NCBI GenBank assembly: GCA_964057225.1
Contig: OZ059897.1
Location: forward strand, 2,604,001-2,668,000
Origin: Auanema rhodensis
Lineage: Eukaryota > Animalia > Nematoda
Reading direction: 5' to 3'
Length of the DNA: 64,000 nucleotides
The translations under genes and the position numbers were made by a program. This document shows, piece by piece, positions 8,988 through 18,400 of the stretch; position 1 is the stretch's first letter, and each line of letters begins with the position of its first letter. The notes under the pieces were generated by a model. The model searched no databases. It was not told where the DNA came from and was given only the letters and a program-made list of their open reading frames with translations.

Positions 8988-11114
8988 TTATGAATCAGTG
9001 AAAATTTTAATATTTCTTATATTAACGTTCATTTCTTTAAAATTTTCTCTAATTAATTTAAATCCTAGTACCATTGCTGATAATTCTTTCATCGGAATTG
9101 TACCTTCTATCATTGTTGAAGATTTAGAATTTAAAAATTGGATATTAATTATATTATTTTGATCATTATATTCAATTATATATGCTACTGCAGCTATTAC
9201 ATCTTTAGATGCGTCAGTGAATAAACAATACTCTAATTTTACTGGATTTTGATTTCTTAGGATTTGTCTTGGAAATTTTAAAAACTTATTTCTTAGTTTT
9301 TCGGTTATATTTAACCATTCATTAATCAAATCTTTTTCAGTGATTTCATCGTTCCAATCGTTTTTTAAATCCCATAATTTTTTCATAAATAGTTTTGCTT
9401 TCAGCATGACAGGTTGAGATATACCTATAGGATCAAAAACTGAATTAATGAAGCTCAAAACATTTTTTCTTGTTAGGTTATTAGCTTTCCAATTTGGGAA
9501 TTCAATAATGAATTCATCACTTTCTTTCTCATAGTTCATTCCCAAGATTTTCATGCTTCCTTCCTTCATTTTATCTTTTTGTGGGATCATTTGCATAATA
9601 TTTGGGTTATTACTATAGAATTCTCTTACATTCATATTAACCTTTGAGAAAAGATTTTTTATTTCTTCATATAGTTTTAAATTTTGATTGACATTACTTA
9701 CTTTCAGCATAATATTATCAACATAAATATTTTTCATTATATCTTCATTAAAATCTCTTTTTTCCTTATTTAAAAAATATATTATACTTGCTGCTAATAA
9801 GAATGGTGAACTATTAACACCGAAAGGTATCCTAGTAAACCTTAAATTCACTAAATTACTGTTATCTATTTCCTTTCTAATATCTTTAATCCACAAAATT
9901 CGTGTTAAATCACGATGTTGTTTTTTCAATTCAATTTGATGAAAAGCTTTTTCGATATCGCCCATTATGAATTCTTTACATAATCGCAATCTAATTAGCA
10001 TGCCAACTAGATTTGGAATGATTCCTTCACCTTTATATAGAATATCGTTTAGTGATTTACAGTTTTTTGATTTGCTTGAGGCGTTTAAAACTATTCGTAA
10101 CTTTGTTGTATTGCTACTTAGTTTCATCACAAAATGATGGGGAATATAATAAGTTAAAAATGGATGACTTGTTTTCGGAGCTATTTCTAATATTCCGCTT
10201 TTTAATTGCTCTTGAATTGTTTCATTATATTTTTTAAATATTTCATCTTGATTTTTGAAACTTTTTAACAAGCTTTTTAAACATCCTATGCTTTTACCAA
10301 AATTATTGTCTATAGCTTGAATATTAGGTTTAATAGGAAACAATACTGATATTCTATTATTATTTATAGTTACATTTTCATGAAAATTATTCCATGCCAA
10401 TTCATCATCTTTCTTTCTTAAAATATCTTTTGTTTCCCTTTTTTCTTTCTCAAGTCTAATTCCAGTTAAAAAACATTTCAGTTCTTCGCTTATTTCATAG
10501 TTTTCATCCTTTTCTGAAGTTCCAATTATGATTGGGTTTAGTTTTGTTGGCATCATAATTAATCCTGATTTTAATACATACGATTTGAACTCTTTTGGAA
10601 CTATTTTCCAATAATTATCCATACCAATTAAAATATCCGGTTCTAATTCTGTTATTTTATTGAGTTTTTCATATTCGGATATTTGATTATATTGCTTTTC
10701 ATACGTTTTTTCTTCATTTCCTTCATTAGCATATTGCTCTAAGTGTTTCTGGTTAATTAGCATAATTTCTGTTACGTCCTCCTTACTTATGTTTGGTGTT
10801 TTTATTTTGTCTGTTATATTAGATATAGTTAAAAAGTTTAATTTCATGTCTTCTATTTTCATTTTTACTAATTTTGATTTTATTATATTTTCTTTATCTC
10901 CAATAGTTCCTATTGGGATATTTTTCTCATTTTCTATTTCTAATTCTAGTTCATTTGAAACTTCTTCTTTTATAAATGATCTTTGAGAACATGAATCAAA
11001 TATTATAGTTAAATTTTTGCTTTTAAATGTTAAATATGAGATAAAAAACGTATTTTCTAAATTACTACTATGAATTTCATTTGAAAATAATGTTTTTGAT
11101 TTCTTTTCGATCAT
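8988..11114 (-). CDS. pol: pol, 5' part: aspartic protease, reverse transcriptase and most of RNase H, ending at a premature TAA
   Basis: Protease IFDSCSQRSFI ... PDILIGMD; RT GDIEKAFHQI, IPFGVNSSPFLL and IYVDNI; RNase H LFTDAS, TIPMKEL and IFTDS*. The frame is open from 11204. Past the stop it continues VVLHWI...YIRNRIEKI...QEMKEK into the integrase ORF. Confidence 0.95.
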   Translation of the reverse strand: MIEKKSKTLFSNEIHSSNLENTFFISYLTFKSKNLTIIFDSCSQRSFIKEEVSNELELEIENEKNIPIGTIGDKENIIKSKLVKMKIEDMKLNFLTISNITDKIKTPNISKEDVTEIMLINQKHLEQYANEGNEEKTYEKQYNQISEYEKLNKITELEPDILIGMDNYWKIVPKEFKSYVLKSGLIMMPTKLNPIIIGTSEKDENYEISEELKCFLTGIRLEKEKRETKDILRKKDDELAWNNFHENVTINNNRISVLFPIKPNIQAIDNNFGKSIGCLKSLLKSFKNQDEIFKKYNETIQEQLKSGILEIAPKTSHPFLTYYIPHHFVMKLSSNTTKLRIVLNASSKSKNCKSLNDILYKGEGIIPNLVGMLIRLRLCKEFIMGDIEKAFHQIELKKQHRDLTRILWIKDIRKEIDNSNLVNLRFTRIPFGVNSSPFLLAASIIYFLNKEKRDFNEDIMKNIYVDNIMLKVSNVNQNLKLYEEIKNLFSKVNMNVREFYSNNPNIMQMIPQKDKMKEGSMKILGMNYEKESDEFIIEFPNWKANNLTRKNVLSFINSVFDPIGISQPVMLKAKLFMKKLWDLKNDWNDEITEKDLINEWLNITEKLRNKFLKFPRQILRNQNPVKLEYCLFTDASKDVIAAVAYIIEYNDQNNIINIQFLNSKSSTMIEGTIPMKELSAMVLGFKLIRENFKEMNVNIRNIKIFTDS

Positions 11115-12154
11115 GTTACTTCCCGATTTTTTGGGGTAAACCGAAAATTTTGTCCTAATGGTTCTGAATTTCCTCCTGTTGGATGTATCATTTCGAATTT
11201 CGAATTATTTCTTTCTTTAGCATCATTTCTTGAATTCAAGTTATCTTCTTGATCATTTTTCTTCCAATTATGTTCGAAATTACTTTCTGATGCTTTATAA
11301 CATAACATTTCATGATGATTTCCCTGACAATTTTGACATTTATCTTTATCACAATTAAAGGAAGTATGATTTGTATTAAAACAGAGCCAGCAACGTTTTT
11401 CATTGATCTCATTTGTACTTATATAATCATCATTATTTCTGTATTTTGGAGATGTTATATTTTTTTGATTATATTCATTTTTTAATTCATTTAAGCTGTT
11501 TGTTAAATGTTCAATTTTAAGTAATAAATCATTTTTTTCAAGGTTACTTGTTATTTTATGTGAGGGAGGTTCACTTTTTAAGGTAGTTTGGGAACTTTTT
11601 CGGCTATATATCGGATCTTGAATCATTTTCTTATTGAAAATTGGTGTGAATCTGGTTGAAAGTTTTTCGTATTCTGATTCTACATCACTCTGACTTGAGC
11701 ATTCACTTTCATTTTCATATTTTGAAATTATAGCATCTTGCGCTAATAAATCTTTTCTATTTAATATTTCAAGAAACTCTTCCTCATTTATTTTGAAATT
11801 TCTTAAAATAATTCTTAATTCTTCATGTGATTCATTTCTTTGTATCTCTTTACCGATTTTTACAAATTCTCTTATTTCCTTTTTAAGGCTTTCCCAGTTT
11901 TCAATGATTATTGACTTTTCTAAACTATCCATTATCTCAGGAAAATTTACTTCGTTTCTCAATATTATGGTTCTTTCCATCAAATTTGAAAATCTTGTCA
12001 AATAATCTTTCAAATTTTCATAAAAATTCTCTTTTTCTACGAAATTTTCTTCGAACACATACAGTAATTCTTCTCTTTTTGCGAGTGTATTCACTATTCT
12101 TTTTTGAATTCCTGTCTTATTACGGTAACCCGTTTTAGAAGAGCAAAGACTCAT
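11111..12154 (-). CDS. gag: Gag-like protein with two zinc knuckles (347 aa from the first ATG)
   Basis: Lies between the PBS and pol. It has CWLCFNTNHTSFNC (CX2CX4HX4C) and the BEL-type CQNCQGNHHEMLC at 11392-11300. The ORF-track start at 12175 is TTG; the first ATG is at 12154. Confidence 0.88.
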   Translation of the reverse strand: MSLCSSKTGYRNKTGIQKRIVNTLAKREELLYVFEENFVEKENFYENLKDYLTRFSNLMERTIILRNEVNFPEIMDSLEKSIIIENWESLKKEIREFVKIGKEIQRNESHEELRIILRNFKINEEEFLEILNRKDLLAQDAIISKYENESECSSQSDVESEYEKLSTRFTPIFNKKMIQDPIYSRKSSQTTLKSEPPSHKITSNLEKNDLLLKIEHLTNSLNELKNEYNQKNITSPKYRNNDDYISTNEINEKRCWLCFNTNHTSFNCDKDKCQNCQGNHHEMLCYKASESNFEHNWKKNDQEDNLNSRNDAKERNNSKFEMIHPTGGNSEPLGQNFRFTPKNREVT

Positions 12155-12224
12155 TTCTTTTTTAATAAATTTCAATTAGTGCTTTTTACTTTTTTTTTTT
12201 TTTTACTTTTTATCGGCTATTTTA

Positions 12225-12235
12225 CCGATGCACCA
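12225..12235 (-). other. Primer-binding site complementary to tRNA-Gly(GCC) 3' end
   Basis: Minus-strand TGGTGCATCGG lies 7 nt inside the 5' LTR. It is complementary to ...CCGAUGCACCA, the invertebrate-type tRNA-Gly(GCC) 3' end as recalled, not searched. Confidence 0.8.
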
Positions 12236-12242
12236 CTTTTTA

Positions 12243-12473
12243 TGTCTTGAATAAACAAAGAACACAAAATATATTATAACTATTTATTATAAATAATTGG
12301 TAACGACCGATTATTATAAGTGTTAACTCGAAGAATAAAAAATGTTAATAATAAAAACAATGAAAAATGACTCTCACGTGAACTTTCACGTGTTTTATAA
12401 TAATGATTCAAAAATGGTAAAGATTATTCATGTTCTTCATTAATTATCTTCAATTTCTGATTAGATCAGAACA
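12243..12473 (-). repeat. 5' LTR (231 bp)
   Basis: Matches 6661-6891. On the minus strand it is followed by the PBS and gag. Confidence 0.98.
12365..12399 (-). promoter_or_regulatory. Putative Pol II core promoter in the 5' LTR: TATA box, two E-boxes, Initiator
   Basis: The minus strand reads TATAAAA-CACGTG-AAAGTT-CACGTG-AGAG-TCATTT. The first T of TATA (12399) is 31 nt upstream of the Inr-like A (12368). Confidence 0.6.
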
Positions 12474-12478
12474 ATGAG
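12474..12478. other. Target-site duplication, right copy (ATGAG)
   Basis: Follows the LTR-terminal ACA at 12473 and matches 6656-6660. Confidence 0.97.
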
Positions 12479-15400
12479 AACTCAACATACACTAATGCAT
12501 TATTTTTCAAACGATCATAACTAATTTTTGTTTAGATTGTTTCTCATTGTAATATAGTGCATTCGATGCGGATTTTTAAGCTGCGTTGATCTGTGTTATC
12601 AGATTTGAGTTAACTGAAAAATGCACCGAGATATCAACTGATATATGTTCACACTTATATCCTCGATTTTCACCCTGAAGAAATGATTTTTTCGTTGAAA
12701 AACATTGTCCATCGTATTCGTCTTGAAAAAAGGAATCTAAAAACATCTACTTTTTGTGAAATTATTTAGAAATTTTTCGGGAAAATTTTTGTCAAAATGT
12801 TTTTGGAAGCAATGTTGAGTGTACATGGGAACTCAACATACACTAATGCATTATTTTTCAAACGATCATAACTAATTTTTGTATAGAGCGTTTCTCAATG
12901 TAGTATAGTGCATTCGATGCGGATTTTTAAGCTGCGTTGATCTGTGTTATCAGATTTGAGTTAACTTAAAAATGCACCGAGATATCAACTGATATAGGTT
13001 CACACATATATCCTCGATTTTCACCCTGAAGAAATGATTTTTTCGTTGAAAAACATTGTCCATCGTCTTCGTCTTGAAAAAAGGAATCTAAAAACATCTA
13101 CTTTTTGTGAAATTATTCAGAAATTTTTCGGGAAAATTTTTGTCAAAATGTTTTTGGAAGCAATGTTGAGTGTACATGGGAACTCAACATACACTAATGC
13201 ATTATTTTTCAAACGATCATAACTAATTTTTGTTTAGATTGTTTCTCATTGTAGTATAGTGCATTCGATGCGGATTTTTAAGATGCGTTGATCTGTGTTA
13301 TCAGATTTGAGTTAACTGAAAAATGCACCGAGATATCAACTGATATAGGTTCACACTTATATCCTCGATTTTCACCCTGAAGAAATGATTTTTTCGTTGA
13401 ATAACATTGTCCATCGTCTTCGTCTTGAAAAAAGGAATCTAAAAACATCTACTTTCTGTGAAATTATTTAGAAATTTTTCGGGAAAATTTTTGTCAAAAT
13501 GTTTTTGGAAGCAATGTTGAGTGTACATGGGAACTCAACATACACTAATGCATTATTTTTCAAACGATCATAACTAATTTTTGTATAGAGCGTTTCTCAT
13601 TGTAGTATAGTGCATTCGATGCGGATTTTTAAGCTGCGTTGATCTGTGTTATCAGATTTGAGTTAACTTAAAAATGCACGGAGTAATCAACTGATATAGG
13701 TTCACACTTATATCCTCGATTTTCACCCTGAAGAATTAATTTTTTCGTTGAATAACATTGTCCATCGTCTTTGCCTTGAAAAAAGAAATCTGAATACTCC
13801 TACTTTTTGTGAAATTATTCAGAAATTTTTCGGGAAAATTTTTGTCACAATGTTTTTGGAAGCAATGTTGAGTGTACATGGGAACTCAGCATACACTAAT
13901 GCATTATTTTTCAAACGATCATAACTAATTTTTGTATAGAGCGTTTCTCATTGTAGTATAGTGCATTCGATGCGGATTTTTAAGATGCGTTGATCTGTGT
14001 TATCAGATTTGAGTTAACTGAAAAATGCACCGAGATATCAACTGATATATGTTCACACTTATATCCTCGATTTTCACCCTGAAGAAAGGATTTTTTCGTT
14101 CAATAACATTGTCCATCGTCTTCGTCTTGAAAAAAGGAATCTAAAAACATCAACTTTTTGTGAAATTATTCAGAAATTTTTCGGGAAAATTTTTGTCAAA
14201 ATGTTTTTGGAAGCAATGTTGAGTGTACATGGGAACTCAACATACACTAATGCATTATTTTTCAAACGATCATAACTAATTTTTGTATAGAGCGTTTCTC
14301 ATTGTAGTATAGTGCATTCGATGCGGATTTTTAAGCTGCGTTGATCTGTGTTATCAGATTTGAGTTAACTTAAAAATGCACCGAGTAATCAACTGATATA
14401 GGTTCACACTTATATCCTCGATTTTCACCCTGAAGAATTAATTTTTTCGTTGAATAACATTGTCCATCGTCTTTGCCTTGAAAAAAGAAATCTGAATACT
14501 CCTACTTTTCGTGAAATTATTTAGAAATTTTTCGGGAAAATTTTTGTCACAATGTTTTTGGAAGCAATGTTGAGTGTACATGGGAACTCAGCATACACTA
14601 ATGCATTATTTTTCAAACGATCATAACTAATTTTTGTATAGAGCGTTTCTCAATGTAGTATAGTGCATTCGATGCGGATTTTTAAGCTGCGTTGATCTGT
14701 GTTATCAGATTTGAGTTAGCTTAAAAATGCACCGAGATATCAACTGATATATGTTCACACTTATATCCTCGATTTTCACCCTGAAGAAAGGATTTTTTCG
14801 TTGAATAACATTGTCCATCGTCTTCGTCTTGAAAAAAGGAATCTAAAAACATCTACTTTTTGTGAAATTATTCAGAAATTTTTCGGGAAAATTTTTGTCA
14901 AAATGTTTTTGGAAGCAATGTTGAGTGTACATGGGAACTCAACATACACTAATGCATTATTTTTCAAACGATCATAACTAATTTTTGTATAGAGCGTTTC
15001 TCAATGTAGTATAGTGCATTCGATGCGGATTTTTAAGCTGCGTTGATCTGTGTTATCAGATTTGCGCTAGCTTAAAAATGCACCGAGTAATCAACTGATA
15101 TAGGTTCACACTTATATCCTCGATTTTCACCCTGAAGAATTAATTTTTTCGTTGAATAACATTGTCCATCGTCTTTGCCTTGAAAAAAGAAATCTGAATA
15201 CTCCTACTTTTTGTGAAATTATTTAGAAATTTTTCGGGAAAATTTTTGTCACAATGTTTTTGGAAGCAATGTTGAGTGTACATGGGAACTCAGCATACAC
15301 TAATGCATTATTTTTCAAACGATCATAACTAATTTTTGTATAGAGCGTTTCTCATTGTAGTATAGTGCATTCGATGCGGATTTTTAAGATGCGTTGATCT

Positions 15401-18400
15401 GTGTTATCAGATTTGAGTTAACTGAAAAATGCACCGAGATATCAACTGATATATGTTCACACTTATATCCTCGATTTTCACCCTGAAGAAAGGATTTTTT
15501 CGTTGAAAAACATTGTCCATCGTATTCGTCTTGAAAAAAGGAATCTAAAAACATCTACTTTCTGTGAAATTATTTAGAAATTTTTCGGGAAAATTTTTGT
15601 CAAAATGTTTTTGGAAGCAATGTTGAGTGTACATGGGAACTCAACATACACTAATGCATTATTTTTCAAACGATCATAACTAATTTTTGTATAGAGCGTT
15701 TCTCATTGTAGTATAGTGCATTCGATGCGGATTTTTAAGCTGCGTTGATCTGTGTTATCAGATTTGAGTTAACTTAAAAATGCACGGAGTAATCAACTGA
15801 TATAGGTTCACACTTATATCCTCGATTTTCACCCTGAAGAATTAATTTTTTCGTTGAATAACATTGTCCATCGTCTTTGCCTTGAAAAAAGAAATCTGAA
15901 TACTCCTACTTTTTGTGAAATTATTTAGAAATTTTTCGGGAAAATTTTTGTCACAATGTTTTTGGAAGCAATGTTGAGTGTACATGGGAACTCAGCATAC
16001 ACTAATGCATTATTTTTCAAACGATCATAACTAATTTTTGTATAGAGCGTTTCTCATTGTAGTATAGTGCATTCGATGCGGATTTTTAAGATGCGTTGAT
16101 CTGTGTTATCAGATTTGAGTTAACTTAAAAATGCACCGAGTAATCAACTGATATAGGTTCACACTTATATCCTCGATTTTCACCCTGAAGAATTAATTTT
16201 TTCGTTGAATAACATTGTCCATCGTCTTTGCCTTGAAAAAAGAAATCTGAATACTCCTACTTTTCGTGAAATTATTTAGAAATTTTTCGGGAAAATTTTT
16301 GTCACAATGTTTTTGGAAGCAATGTTGAGTGTACATGGGAACTCAGCATACACTAATGCATTATTTTTCAAACGATCATAACTAATTTTTGTATAGAGCG
16401 TTTCTCAATGTAGTATAGTGCATTCGATGCGGATTTTTAAGCTGCGTTGATCTGTGTTATCAGATTTGAGTTAGCTTAAAAATGCACCGAGATATCAACT
16501 GATATATGTTCACACTTATATCCTCGATTTTCACCCTGAAGAAAGGATTTTTTCGTTGAATAACATTGTCCATCGTCTTCGTCTTGAAAAAAGGAATCTA
16601 AAAACATCTACTTTTTGTGAAATTATTCAGAAATTTTTCGGGAAAATTTTTGTCAAAATGTTTTTGGAAGCAATGTTGAGTGTACATGGGAACTCAACAT
16701 ACACTAATGCATTATTTTTCAAACGATCATAACTAATTTTTGTATAGAGCGTTTCTCAATGTAGTATAGTGCATTCGATGCGGATTTTTAAGCTGCGTTG
16801 ATCTGTGTTATCAGATTTGCGCTAGCTTAAAAATGCACCGAGTAATCAACTGATATAGGTTCACACTTATATCCTCGATTTTCACCCTGAAGAATTAATT
16901 TTTTCGTTGAATAACATTGTCCACCGTCTTTGCCTTGAAAAAAGAAATCTAAAAACTCCTACTTTTTGTGAAATTATTTAGAAATTTTTCCTTGAAAATT
17001 TTTGTCACAATGTTTTTGGAAGCAATGTTGAGTGTACATGGGAACTCAACATACACTAATGCATTATTTTTCAAACGATCATAACTAATTTTTGTATAGA
17101 GCGTTTCTTAATGTAGTATAGTGCATTCGATGCGGATTTTTAAGCTGCGTTGATCTGTGTTATCAGATTTGAGTTAACTTAAAAATGCACCGAGATATCA
17201 ACTGATATAGGTTCACACATATATCCTCGATTTTCACCCTGAAGAAATGATTTTTTCGTTGAAAAACATTGTCCATCGTCTTCGTCTTGAAAAAAGGAAT
17301 CTAAAAACATCTACTTTTTGTGAAATTATTCAGAAATTTTTCGGGAAAATTTTTGTCAAAATGTTTTTGGAAGCAATGTTGAGTGTACATGGGAACTCAA
17401 CATACACTAATGCATTATTTTTCAAACGATCATAACTAATTTTTGTTCAGATTGTTTTTCATTGTAGTATAGTGCATTCGATGCGGATTTTTAAGATGCG
17501 TTGATCTGTGTTATCAGATTTGAGTTAACTGAAAAATGCACCGAGATATCAACTGATATAGGTTCACACTTATATCCTCGATTTTCACCCTGAAGAAATG
17601 ATTTTTTCGTTGAATAACATTGTCCATCGTCTTCGTCTTGAAAAAAGGAATCTAAAAACATCTACTTTCTGTGAAATTATTTAGAAATTTTTCGGGAAAA
17701 TTTTTGTCAAAATGTTTTTGGAAGCAATGTTGAGTGTACATGGGAACTCAACATACACTAATGCATTATTTTTCAAACGATCATAACTAATTTTTGTATA
17801 GAGCGTTTCTCATTGTAGTATAGTGCATTCGATGCGGATTTTTAAGCTGCGTTGATCTGTGTTATCAGATTTGAGTTAACTTAAAAATGCACCGAGATAT
17901 CAACTGATATAGGTTCACACATATATCCTCGATTTTCACCCTGAAGAAATGATTTTTTCGTTGAAAAACATTGTCCATCGTCTTCGTCTTGAAAAAAGGA
18001 ATCTAAAAACATCTACTTTTTGTGAAATAATTCAGAAATTTTTCGGGAAAATTTTTGTCAAAATGTTTTTGGAAGCAATGTTGAGTGTACATGGGAACTC
18101 AACATACACTAATGCATTATTTTTCAAACGATCATAACTAATTTTTGTTTAGATTGTTTCTCATTGTAGTATAGTGCATTCGATGCGGATTTTCAAGATG
18201 CGTTGATCTGTGTTATCAGATTTGAGTTAACTGAAAAATGCACCGAGATATCAACTGATATAGGTTCACACTTATATCCTCGATTTTCACCCTGAAGAAA
18301 TGATTTTTTCGTTGAATAACATTGTCCATCGTCTTCGTCTTGAAAAAAGGAATCTAAAAACATCTACTTTCTGTGAAATTATTTAGAAATTTTTCGGGAA

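Larger units (their letters stand above)
6661..12473 (-). mobile_element. Full-length BEL/Pao (Belpaoviridae-type) LTR retrotransposon, 5,813 bp, no env
   Basis: Direct 231-bp LTRs with TGT...ACA ends, a 5-bp TSD, a PBS and a PPT. Domain order is gag-PR-RT-RNase H-IN. BEL/Pao signature motifs are present: YYIPHH, TTKLRIVLNAS, GDIEKAF, PFGVNSSPFLL, YVDN, FTDAS, NPADIPTRG, GVDFAGP, SDNG, PWKGGFYE and LIPLE. Confidence 0.97.

Noticed and set aside
7981-12138. Short plus-strand ORFs antisense to gag and pol
   Set aside because: These are F/L/I-rich shadows of the A-rich coding strand with no independent signal.
12155-12175. ORF-track gag start at 12175
   Set aside because: It is a TTG codon. 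The first in-frame ATG at 12154 is the likelier eukaryotic start.
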